Assembly (NCBI GenBank): GCA_964304625.1
Contig: OZ199839.1
Location: 7,976,297 to 8,040,296, forward strand
DNA length: 64,000 nt
Origin: Kudoa neothunni
Lineage: Eukaryota > Animalia > Cnidaria
Direction of reading: 5' to 3'
The translations under genes and the position numbers were made by a program. Positions 1 through 12,100 of the stretch are shown in pieces. Every line of letters starts with the position of its first letter. Positions within the stretch are counted from its first letter, which is position 1. The notes beneath the pieces are model-generated. The model had not been told where the DNA came from and searched no databases. It saw only the letters and a list, made by a program, of their open reading frames with translations.

Positions 1-2347
1 ACTAAAATTGAGCACAAAAACTTGTACACCGGTGAAATGTCCGATATTTTACAAGGATGTAAAATACCAGGAGGGAACAGTTAGGGGAAGTTGCACTGAA
101 AATATTGAAAGTGAATTGGAGTTTAATTTGATGATTCCACATTATGAAATGAAATGCGATAATTATCCTAGTTTCTTTTATACCCTGCAAAATAAATATA
201 CTCTATTAAACATTGATATTTATCAACCACAATATTACGTGACCTCTATTTCGAGTGCTACAACGAAATATATGCTAAAGTTTACAAACAAATTTCCCTT
301 CGAAATGTGTCTTTTCAGTATAAGAGATAAGTCAACGACCGAAAGTAACAATGAATACGAATCGAAATGTGGATCGGAAGGGAAAAAATGTCATGCACCT
401 TGTAATAATGTAGAACTGGAATATACGGCTTCTAAGTCTGTTGTTGAAATATTAATTCAAACTAGGCATGTATCGTTGGCTAAAAGTGCTAACAAATATG
501 ATGGATATATTCAGAAAAAATTCGGTATTTTATGGATATTTACTCATTTATAACCTTCTCCTAGTTGTCACAGAAACTACCGCCACTCCATTATTGTCAA
601 CATACTCGCCTACTGGCGTTACATTAAATGTTCAGTTGTTTAAGCCAGATAGTGCACCTAGTTTTTCGAGTTGTACTTTAACTTATTATGAAGCAGACAA
701 ACCTAAACCTGCTTCTCCTGAAATCCGAAATGTGAAGATGACAGTCAAACCTGTAGAACAGAGTGCACTACTGCTCTAAAGATTACCGAGCTTTCTAATG
801 GAAAACCATATATTCTTGAAATTGCAGCAGGAAATGGTAATGATATTCCTGCTAATTTTAAAGAACATATATTTTTTCGAACAGGTAATATAATATAAAA
901 AAAAATTTTTTAATAAATATATAGAAAAGAAACCTGGTTTTATCTATTCAACGACAACTCCGACAGTAACGGATACAACTGCATCAATTAGAGCAATAGA
1001 TAATAGCGAAGCACTCAACGCACAAGACAAGACTTGTGCTTACTATATAAGCCCTCATGGAAAGGATGTATATGTATGTGCCATGTGCGAAGATAGTTAT
1101 CCTTGCAGAGGTTTTTGCAAGGATTCTCAAAAAATTATTGGGTTAATGCCTGGAACTGATTATGACCTAAAGATAGTTGCACATGAGGATTATGGAGAAA
1201 AAAAACACAAAATTACAACGAGTATATAAATAATTGACCTCGAATTATATAATTAACTTTCTTTTAAGCATTTTCAACGCTCACACTAAAATCGGAATTT
1301 ATAGACAAAGGCTTTAAGGTGATAGGTGTACTGTCAACACCATATTCTACAGCTGTTTGTCACTATAAAGTAAACGTAAAAAAAGGGAATGAATCCAAGT
1401 TGGTCTACCAATGCCCACCATTGGCTTCTACAACAAACACTGGCCCATCCTCTAATGCACCCAAGACTTCTAAAATAGCGATATCTAGGGCAACTAATGG
1501 GCAACGACCACAGAATGTGCCTCCTCCAAATAAAAAAACAGAAATCACTCCATGCGCACAACCACCATTATGCACTGAAATTATATTCAGTGAAGGATAC
1601 GAAGCAGACAAGGAATATGAAGTTTTAGTTACTGCCGTCGGTAGATCGGCAGAAACTACCATCGAAATACCCATAAGTAATAAAACATCTAATTCTAAAT
1701 TCATATCTTTTATATTTTAATTAAATTTTTAAAATTATTAAAAATATGTACATTAATTCTTATTATACTAAATTTTAATTTAGATCCACAACCTTCCTCC
1801 AATAAGAATCCAATCAAATTAACTGTGGTGTTTACAAGAGAAGGCGATAACATAAAAGTTAAAACTTCTCTTCCTACAGGCGTTGATGAACAGTCGTTAT
1901 GCAAATGGGAATTGAAAAATTGGGATAATCCATCCAAACCAATCGTCCAAAAATGCATGGCAACTGGTGAACAAGGTTGTTCTGTTTTTCCATCGTGCAA
2001 GGAATTTACAATTTCCAATGTGGATAATACCAACAATTACCGTTTGATGTTATACCATAGTACCAATAACAATATCTCTGGTTTTGTCGAGATCCAGAAA
2101 GGTAATTGATTAAATATTATTTGTCATTATTTCTTATATTTTGATTAGATGATGAATCAAACAAATCCATGTAAACTAAAATTGTTAAATTCTAATTTAT
2201 TTATTTTAGGTCGAAAAATACTATGTACTTATTGATGGAGATATTTTATTAATCAACTATTTTAGAATTATTGCTGTAGTAGTTCCAGTTCTCATCATCG
2301 TTGTGGGTGCGGGATTCTATTTCGGATACTGGAAAAATAAAAACTAG
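1..2347 (+). CDS. Family A copy A1 (5' part outside window): multi-exon Cys-rich FN3-like type-I membrane protein; one 1-nt frameshift at ~721-723
   Basis: Homologous exon by exon to A3. GT-AG introns include 525-564 and 1677-1783. Micro-exons encode DDESNKSM/SKNT, then a TM exon IIIAVVVPVLIIVVGAGFYFGYWKNKN-TAG. In the exon-4 equivalent, cctgaaatccgaaatgt is one base short of the frame that continues KCEDDSQTCRTECTTALKIT. Confidence 0.85.
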
Positions 2348-2646
2348 ATTTTTATTTATGAATAATGCTTTCACAAATTGACTTACTGTTTAGCGACAGT
2401 ACTAATATTATATCATATGTATTAGTAATCCATCAGATTTCTTCATTACTTACTTTTAAATTCATAATTATTTAGTTTCATGAAAATTTATTTATTCGGA
2501 AATTGTATTTCTCTATTTTTTAATAAGGGAAATTAATATGATTTTTTCATGATATGAATACTTTATTTAATAGTAATAATCAACCTTTTTGGATGTATTA
2601 TTTTATCTTATTACTAGTTAGTTGCAAATCCTGATATCCGTTAACC

Positions 2647-4011
2647 CAGGGATTCTCAACCGGGGCAAAATATAAATGATATGGGGTAAATTAAATGACA
2701 TCAAAATTAGGCAGGGTGAATTTTTGCATTATGGATTTGTGACGTATTTCCAGACTTCTCACGAATTATATTATTCAGGGAAATTAAACTCAATAAGAAT
2801 TGGGAAAAAATTCTTAAATTATTTTTAGGAATAAGTTCTTAACATTTATTTATAAAATTATTCCCAGTCCTTTTTAACGCCTCGTTTATCTTTTAGTGGT
2901 GTAGCTTAATAATAATACTTAAAATGACTATTCTCATGATAAATAATATTCAAGTGTCGTTAGTTTTGACTATTTTTAATTATTTCTAGTCCGTAAGAGC
3001 GAAGGATTGGGGAATAATTAATTTGATTTAGCAATATCTAAAGAATAAAATCTGTATACAGATTGTGGGTGAGTTGATGGGATTAAAAATTGTCATTATG
3101 CAAGCATACGTGTTTTTTAGGACCAGAATTTACCCCTCAAATAAACTCTGTTGTATCTGAACGAGTACAAAACCTCAAGGCGGCGTTTCTCAATTTTTTT
3201 ATCGCGCCCCACTTCTTAAAAAGAAGTTAAGCATCTAATCTCTTTCAAAAGTATTGATTTTTTACTTAAACTGACGATAATTTTGAATAAAACTTCCAAC
3301 CACATAAAAATTTGAAAGCAATTAATATTTACATCTTATCTCATTAAAATTAAAATGTATTCGATCAGATCTGATTTAATTTATCGATGGACCTAATAAA
3401 TGAACATCTTTAGTTGTTCATTCCGTCCAAAACAGCATCAAGTGAGACTCGTGGAAATCCAACCTTCATTAAGAAATACTTTGGTGTATACAGAGCTAAT
3501 GGGCCGAAAATAAATAGTATAAATACAAAATCAATCAATATTATATAGGTTTAATCAAAAAAATGGATATATGATTCTAAATGAGACAAGATTGAGGTTT
3601 AAACCATTCTGATTCTATTCGGATAAGAGCACGTTAAATATTTTTATTCATTTGTATATAATTGATCATTGCATTTCATATTTTTTATGATATTAATCGC
3701 CACTCAATAATCAGCAATATCGAAAATCGCGATATTGGCTTTAAAGTACGTCATACTGCCAAATTATCTCACCACTATCCATGTCACACCAATACTCAGG
3801 ATTTTCCGCGTTACAGCAGAGTGGTTCATTAAACATTCAAAAATTTCGATGTCACACCAAAATTTTTTCATACCCACCGGTAGGGCGTGGAAATCACGTT
3901 GGGGAACATTGCTTTAAGGTAAATAAGGATTGAGCTTTCAAGTTAGAGGGTAATTTTAGATTTTTCATCAGACTCAAGGGGTAAATTTGAATAAATGGTT
4001 GAGAACCCCTG
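2647..4011. mobile_element. hAT-like non-autonomous element (MITE)
   Basis: TIRs CAGGGATTCTCAACC / GGTTGAGAACCCCTG. Approximate 8-bp TSD cgttaacc / ccttaact (ccttaacc in the duplicate copy). Confidence 0.75.
3181..3911. mobile_element. Second hAT-like MITE nested inside the first
   Basis: Left end CGGCGTTTCTCAA. Right end TTGGGGAACATTG (TTGAGAAACTCAG in the duplicate). Flanks cctcaagg / ctttaagg resemble an 8-bp TSD. Confidence 0.55.
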
Positions 4012-4017
4012 CCTTAA

Positions 4018-6294
4018 CTCATTCCGGGTTTTCATCCCCCTTTCGGTCCTTCATTATTGCCTCTCCAATAATGGTAATAATTCGTCAATGAATATTATTT
4101 CAATATATCACGTAATTATCCATTAGGAATGTAATTAAAAATTAAGATCCAATTATAAATTTATATCTTTCGAGATTACGTACTATACAATAATTATGGT
4201 ATACTGGGGTAGAAAAAGAAGACTAATTACTTAAAAATAGAAAATTTAGAATTAAAAAGATTAAATAAATGATATTGTTTCAAAATTTGTCAAATCGTCA
4301 TTGGAGGAAAAGAAACATAAGCAACATAGTGCGGTGCCCGAAAGGGAACGAAGAACCACCAGCGTGCAAAATTTCAATTAGTCTGTTACTCAGCTTTGTA
4401 CTTACAACGCTATAATGAGATACACAAATTTAATTGATGTCATCTATGATAATTAAAATGATGATGATTTTCTAAACCCATTTGATATGGTGACGTTACC
4501 TCCAGAAATGTTGATATTTTGGCTGATGAAGAAGGTCCCTTTGTTTCAAAAGATTGTGACAACATTGACATTGGAACCGTTCCAGAAATATGCGGTACAA
4601 TAGAACTTTCTCGTATATTCATAATGAACCATTAAATGATAATGTTTGTGCCACATGGTGTAAAATATCTCAATCAGATGATTCATCTGTAATTATCACT
4701 GAATGCCTACCAGTTCCTCAAAATAAATATACTATTATGCACGATGACTCAGTCATTAGATATGAATCCTACGAAACATTCTTAAAATTTTTCGATGAAA
4801 ATTTTCTCTTACATATTGTTAGAGGCATAATTACGCACAACAAAAGAATGATCACACGTTTCACTTAACCATAAAAGAACTTCAATTTTTTATTAGTATT
4901 TTATTATTATCGGGCTACAATCAATTATCTCAGCAACATATGTACTGGGAACTTCAGTGGATTCTGGGGTTGAAATCGTAAAATGGTTGATGACCTATAA
5001 AAGATTCTAGTTGATAAAACGACATCTCCACTTTAATTATAATTCAAAACACGATACAGACGATAAGCTGTTCAAGACCAATAATTCGAAAATTGAACGA
5101 AAATTTGGATATTTCCACGACAATTTGTCTGTTGATGAACAGATGGTTCCATATACTGGTCACCATTCCTGAAAAATGTAAATAAAGGGAAAACCCATCC
5201 GTTTCGGTTTCAAGAAGTGGGTTTGGCATCTTCTGATGGATATGTGAATAGTTTTAGTGTATACACAGGTAAGAATGAAATATACAACAAGAATTTTGGC
5301 CTAAGTAGAAGCATCGTATTAAATTTTGTCGATGAGCTAGAGGATAGAGGTATTTCCCGTGTCTACTTCGACAATTTCTACACCTCTTACAAATAATTGG
5401 CTGAATTGAATAGAATAGAAGAGTTGTTAATGCTATTGGAACAGTGAGGTTGAACCGAGCATCGAACGGTCCCTTGACGACTCCGTAATTAATGAGTAAA
5501 AACCACCGAGGCTACCATGAATATTTCAAAGATTCTACAAATGAATCAAGTGTATTCAATGGAAGGATACGAACACTGCTACTCTTCTTAATAACTTTCT
5601 TACTATTGAACCAATCCAAAATGTGAAGCGTTACTGCAGAACAAAAAAGCGCCATGTATCGATCGTGCAGCCTCAAATTCGTCGTATGTACAACAAGTAC
5701 ATGGGTGGTATTGATACCGTAGACAATTACTTATCTTGCTACAGAATAAGAATTCGCTCGAAAAATTAATTCATGAAGAATGTTTAATTATAAAAGCCAA
5801 GAGAAAATCATCTTATTAAATCACGTTAGATACATCGCAGCTAATTTGATCAGTATAGATGATTCTGAAAAACAAACCCCTCGATCATCCATCGTAAATA
5901 TTCATGTGCGTCATTGTGCAGTCGACCTATGATGAGTACTAATGCTGAGAAAAAGAGACGATGTGTTGCATATAAAAAAGAAGACCATCTACTTTTGTCA
6001 AGATTATCAAAATTATATTCGTGCTAAATGTTCGATAGATTTTCATAATCAACAATAATTTGCTCTCTTATCGATATGAAACCGTTTATTTTTCGCACGT
6101 TTTGTGACACAACGTTTATTCAGAAAATCGCACGCCTGTGGGTTTTCGTTCCCTTTACGGCCTCTTGGTAATTTTACCGTTTTCCTATAAAAATTTAATT
6201 TTTAATTAATAATACTTTAACGTAGCAATTAAAAGATTATTTTAAACGTTTATTTCCAATTTTAAGGAAATTAAAATATTGAACCCGGAGTGGG
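4018..6294 (+). mobile_element. Degenerate piggyBac transposon (transposase pseudogene)
   Basis: TTAA at 4014-4017 and 6295-6298. TIR C(T/C)CATTCCGGGTT / AACCCGGAGTGGG. Broken-frame motifs LSVDEQMVPYTG, KGKPIRFGFK, YFDNFYTS, YNKYMGGIDTVD, with many stops. Confidence 0.9.
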
Positions 6295-6298
6295 TTAA

Positions 6299-7050
6299 CC
6301 CTTCCTGCCCCTGGTGGGGTATTTGCCATACCCGATAGAAATATTTTTTGTTTTACTCAGAGCACGAGAATTTTTTCTCTGTAGAATTTTTAGAATGCTC
6401 CTACAAACTTATAAGGCTTTCATTTAAGAAAAAAATTTGTATTCGAAATTTTATAAACTAAAAATTATACATTTTTGCAAATCGAGAAATAATTATTTCT
6501 TGTATAATGTACAATGTACCGCAAATTTGTATTTGTATTTAATATATACTTTAACATCATTTAATAATTAAGACTCTTATATTAATGACCGGAAAAAACA
6601 TGTTTTCATCAAAGTAAAACTGATTGGGTATTTACCAAAGTTAATTCGATAATACTTTACTAATGTGATGACTTGCACGCAGTCTCAATTTGTATAAATT
6701 TTACATTCGTTGAGGTAACTTCTTGTTTTGAATTGATTAAAAAAACTTTTTAAAAATTAAGGAAACTTTTGGGATCACATTTAGTATAAGCTCCTAATCC
6801 TCAAATACATAATGGGGATTATTGTTTATTACGCCGTCATGTATGAGACTAGACCAAAAATTTGTCCTTACAATTTTTGAGGAAATTTTGATTCGTTACA
6901 GATGATGAGAGCAAATAAGATTTTTCGAGACCATTTTTGACAAAAGAAATTGAAAAAAAGCGTTAAAATTGGGGGCCACAAGCTCCACAATTACCCGTAA
7001 CTTCAGCCAATTGTTGTTGTTATTATTATCGCGCGTTTAACCCTCCTTCA
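6299..7050. mobile_element. Probable non-autonomous piggyBac-like element sharing a TTAA with the preceding element; right end uncertain
   Basis: Begins TTAA|CCCTTCCTGCCC, followed by the GGGGTATTTGCCATACCC palindrome seen in other piggyBac ends in this window. No clean right TIR found. Confidence 0.4.
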
Positions 7051-7490
7051 TTTTCAAATAGATATCTATTCTTTAATTTAAACCAACTCGATTTCTGCAA
7101 TTATCTATAATACTCACGCACAAGTGGATCCAAACCAGGGGGAGACTTAATCCATTTATTCCGATAAAATAAAAAGGGCCAGGAACTTGTGATGTTTCTC
7201 ATGAGCAACAATGTTTGCTAATAATTATGTATTCTTATGTTACGACCATATTGATTGATTCATTCATTCATGTGGTTTAAATCATTGTTTGGTTGAAAAA
7301 TAGGGGGATTGGTTGGTTGTACGCTCTTGTAGCTGCACTTTATTGTAGTTGCAATATTATCGTTTTATTTATTACAAAGGATAGAACAATTTCTCAATGT
7401 TAACGTCTATTAATATATATGTTCATGATAGTTTACATTATGTAGGCTCCGAAGGATTTAAAATTGACTAAGGCATATTTTTGCTGGGGT

Positions 7491-8577
7491 GGCTAACGTT
7501 TACCACATCCCAACACTCGGGTTTTTTGGTTACCTAGGTCATTTGGCTCTCAATAAACCACGAATGCTTCCCGCTATTTATTCAACTGATAATCTAGATG
7601 AACTAAACTTTGAAGAAATAATAAATTTCAAAGATAGGAAGGATGAACTGTTGAAAATTTTAATTGAAATTGGACTTTTTATTAGAGAAGGAATATAAAA
7701 TTGTGGATGTAGCATGATCATGGCGATTCGACCACGATATTCAGATGGATACAGTTTCAGATGTCATAATCGTGGTTGCCTAAAAGAACTATCTGTCAGA
7801 TATAATAATTTCTTGTACCAATCGAAACTCTCATATCGCATTTTAAAAATTATATATCTGTGGTGAAATGAAATGCAGAGCCAACGTAACCTCATGAAAG
7901 AATGCAGACTAGAGTCCACCAGGGCAAGATACGACTGGAAAAATTTCATGCGAGGCTTATATCTGAGCTATTATATCATGAACCCCACTAAAATAGGCGG
8001 ACCCGGAATAAAGATGCAAATTGTCGAAAGTCAAATTTGCAAAAGAAAGTTTCATGTTGGAAAGATTTTGCAAATTCAAAGTGTATGGATTGTCGGAGGT
8101 GTTGATGAAAACGGAGAGGTTTCCATGGTTCAAACTGAAATTAGAGATCAGCGGACATTAGAAGGGATTATTCTTCAATATGTTAATCAGTGTTCAATAA
8201 TACACACCGATGGATGGCCAACCTACGAAAACTTAGAATAGATTGGATACCAGCATGACGTAGTGATTCGTAAGTATGAATTCGTCAATGCCACTGGCAT
8301 TCACATTAACAGAATTGGAAGTTTGTCGGTAGCTTTAAACGTAAGTGTAGGAGTATAACAAACAAGAAAAAAGAGATGATTTCATCCTATATTTCTGAGT
8401 GGTGTTTTAAGAGAGGGCACAAAAATTAAATATTTTCTGAATTTATAAATGTAACAAAATTAGTTTTTAATTTTGAGGGTTAAAATGTACAGTTTTCAGT
8501 CTTTATGTTTTGCGTGGCATTTTGTTGATATTCGAGAACGAACAATCCAAGTGTTGCGGATGTGGTAAACTTTAGCC
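7491..8577 (+). mobile_element. Merlin (IS1595/ISXO2-like) DNA transposon, transposase pseudogene
   Basis: ~30-bp TIR GGCTAA(C/A)GTTTACCACATCC..AACACT. Motifs KIGGPGIKMQIVES, WIVGGVD, IIHTDGWPTY and an N-terminal Cys zinc-ribbon remnant. In-frame stops. Confidence 0.9.
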
Positions 8578-9578
8578 TGAAGGGTCGTAAGCATTAAGCT
8601 TAAGAATAATATTGTCCAAATGATGGGTCGGGGACATTTGGAGAGAATCAAGAATTTTCATTCTTTGAAAGATAAAATGGATATCACGTCATATTGTAAA
8701 AGAATGTTCAATGGGAAAAACAGATAACCTAAAATCCTCAATTATTATAGCTGGACATCTCCATCCTCCTTAATATGATTTTGGGTAATGAAGAATCCAT
8801 TATGATGGCTCATAATGAAATGAGAACTACAAATAACCACAAAACATTAAAAAATTAAAGTAAGGCCTCGATATAGCGGAATTAATGATTTTTCGGTGCT
8901 TTCCAACATAAAAAATTCAACAAATAACGTTAACTAGTGCGAACGGTAATGCAGGAATATCCACCTCTAAAAATCCGTCTTTTGTGCGCGCCCCCTTCTG
9001 ATTTTATAATAAATCGTCTGTTTACAATTTTTAAATATGGGATGATCACAAATATCAGTTTAAAAATATCAGTTTAAAAAATCAACCAAAATACAGCTTC
9101 GGCCATTATTGTAGCACGCGCTCAACTTTGCGCGTCCTCTTTTTTTGTTGTATTTCCCTAAGTTTCCACATATATAAACAACTTTGAGATGATTATTATC
9201 TCCTATCTAGTCCTGTTATAGTATTTTTGTGTAAAACCCATATCTAACTCAGTAGTAATAGATTTAGATAATTTGTTTGAATTTAAATTAACTTTTTCCC
9301 GGACAGAATTCTAAATATTAAAAGTTTTGTTGATTAGAAATGTCAAAACCAACTAACTTTAGTTTATCTAATCTTCTTAGTAGTTTATTTTTTAATGGTG
9401 CGAGATATTGTGATATTACTATGACCATAATATTTCCTATATTTGTAATACATTAGAAACTTATGAATTATTTAATAAATTATTGTACATGGAAAATACA
9501 ATAACTGGAATGATACGTTTGTAATTGTAATAATTGCTTTTGTATAAGAAAGTTATACCATGATCTTTAGTTCTAGAC

Positions 9579-11071
9579 CAGTGCGTTCCCTACAGAGGAT
9601 GCGAAAAGCCATCGTTAGGGGTGTGGGAGTTATTCAAGAATAAATTTAAAAATTAATCTTAGTTTATTCAATTAGTATTGTTCGTTAGTCCCCGATTAAA
9701 TCATGTAAGGACGTAATGCGTATAGTAATATTTTTGGTTGTATTGGTATCAATCAGTATCGGTTCAAATATGGGATTTGATAATTTATTTAATTTATAAT
9801 TCATTCTGTTTGGTTCTACGAAATAGCGCAGTAAGGTAACAGTTTATATTAGGCCTGTTCAGCGTATAAAATCTAACTATCGCTATTTTCATGTAAAATA
9901 GTTACTTTGTTATCTTTCAAAATAACATATTTATACGCTCTAGCTGTACTTAGGTTGTCAGCATTTTTATCTACTTAGGAATAAACTATATCCATAAAAA
10001 TAAAACCACGATGTAGTTATAACTTTGTCTCCTGTCTAAATTTGAGATCTATCATTTAATTACGTTGTTTTTATTGTTACATTTTAAGTTTTACTTTAAA
10101 ATTTTTACCTTGCTTCTGATATAAATATAAGTTAAATTGTTCTTGAAAGTATAGGTAAAACAAGGATCAAAGCATTCATTTATATACATAAATAAACGAA
10201 AACCAATTTTAACAATATATTAGTTATTTTATTCGAGTATATTTGAAGGCTTATTTTTTGAATTTTCGGAATTTTTCTTAACCCACTGCCCCAAAATTTA
10301 AATTAAAATATGACTCAATATAGAATAAGGAATTTGCTAGGTTTTTCTGTAGAAGATAGTATATGAAGCAAGTTTATCGACTTCATTATATACAAATAAT
10401 AAGTATCGGAATTCATTAAACCTCGGCAACGATTTTCATGTTTCATATTCCTACAAAATGTCCTGCTTTGAATTACTTATGATTCTCTAGCGGGGGCAAG
10501 AGAACCGCTAGATAAAATAAATACTGAATAAGAATTTATTTTGAAATAATGTATCTTGTGAACTATACGAATTGGCTATTTTTATTTGACTCATTTCATT
10601 TTTCACTTTTATGTATAGAATTTAATTATGGGACCATACCTTTCATAGTTTATTATTACGTTTATATTTATTTTTTAAGTCTAATATTCTGCAATAATTT
10701 TAATAACATTATTTATTACTTTACATAAAAATAGTATATATAAGCAGGAATGAATAAAAGCTCCAATCATTGGGTGTTAAATCATGAGGAGCGAAAAGAT
10801 AACGTCATCCTTTTTCAATTATACATAGCAAATTGAGTTAACCAAAATGTTTTGGTTTTAATTTATTTTAGAAGTAAACGAGAAAATTTGAGGTTAAATC
10901 TAAACTAAAATAGCAAAAATTTTAATTTGAAGACATTTTTCATTGGTATTATTATTTTCGTATTTAAATAAAAAGTATAATTGAGTCTTGACATTCATAT
11001 GGAGGAGGGGATACGAAGTGAACGTGGAATTTAGGATGGGGGTACGAGTGTAAAATTTGTAGGAAACACTG
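9579..11071. mobile_element. hAT-like MITE
   Basis: TIRs CAGTGCGTTCCCTACA / TGTAGGAAACACTG. Flanks ttctagac / ttttagag (6/8 match). Confidence 0.65.
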
Positions 11072-11077
11072 TTTTAG

Positions 11078-11424
11078 AGTCTCTATTTAAGAAGGTGGAA
11101 CTTGAGTATAAATGGACTGGCAATGATTTGAAAATAACAATAAAAATGCGGGTCAGGAGTGATAGAATTTGCGATGTTACCTTTGTGGAAAAAACCTAAG
11201 GAAAGGAAACAAAACTATTTGTTGTACACGACCAAACAAACAGCTGGAGTGAGTCATGAAACTCTATAATCATCCATTTTGATGGTCCTGAGTACAAATC
11301 AGCCATAGTGATTGTCTAACGCAGATATGACGGTGAGACAGTTGAGTTGGAACTCTTTATTACAGAGCCGGAAGCTGTCACAGCATTGACAACTGAAATA
11401 ACTGCTACCGCCACAAGCACCTAG
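11078..11424 (+). pseudogene. Pseudo-exon of a third (family C) paralog, homologous to the membrane-proximal domain exon of family B
   Basis: After a ttttag acceptor, phase 1 reads SLFKKVELEYKWTGNDLKITIKMRVRSDRICDVTFVEKT*GKETKLFVVHDQTNSWSES*NSIII..Y..V*RRYDGE. This aligns with B: WNNTDL..M..DQICDFTF..G..YDKTTGW..CNQEI..Y..VQARYVSE. It has three internal stops and a Thr/Ala-rich tail. Confidence 0.75.
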
Positions 11425-12100
11425 AAATACTTCTTAAAACTTAATTAGTTTTCAAATATCTTTCTCTTTGACTATCAACTAAATAGTTGACACGTTTTTT
11501 TAATTTTTCTTTCGTATTTATGAGAGTGTCTCTTTTTGTCCATAGAATATTATTTTTTATACTAATATAAAAAATTAAATTAATGTTTGACTGAATATTA
11601 ATGGAAGTTATTAATTTCTTACATTATAAGTTGTTTTTTCTATTAAACTAAATATTTTTATGAAATAGAAATTAATATTATTATATTAAAACTAAGAAAA
11701 TATAAAATATGTTTAAAATAAACTACTTTTAGAACAAAATATAATAATGATCTTAATTAGTAGTTCTAGAATTTTTAAAGGATTATTAAGTTTACATTTG
11801 ATTTCTTAATATGTTAATGAAAGAGAAATCTATCATAAATTTAGGAAAAACATCTTTTGTTATCCAAGTGAAGCGTTCTCACTTTAAAATAATTAATTTT
11901 ATGACATTAATTATGAGGCAGAAATGGATTTAATTTCGGATTTATTGCCATTTATCGACTCTCAATTGTATTGTTGAAATGCTATTCAGTCTCGTAGTTC
12001 GTACTTCAATTGTCTTGTTTCGTTCCTATTGTCATCTAGAGTTATTCATTTGTATAATTATTATTAAAATTAATAACGCCGTTATAATTAAGAACCAAAA

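Noticed and set aside
468-779. Overlapping consecutive ORFs in A genes suggesting programmed ribosomal frameshifting
   Set aside because: Each frame change is explained by a 40-47 nt GT-AG intron at a position conserved in all copies, apart from the isolated 1-nt indels listed.
7489-8241. Bacterial IS1595 insertion or contamination
   Set aside because: The element is embedded among spliceosomal-intron genes and eukaryotic TEs and was duplicated with them. It is better explained as a eukaryotic Merlin element.
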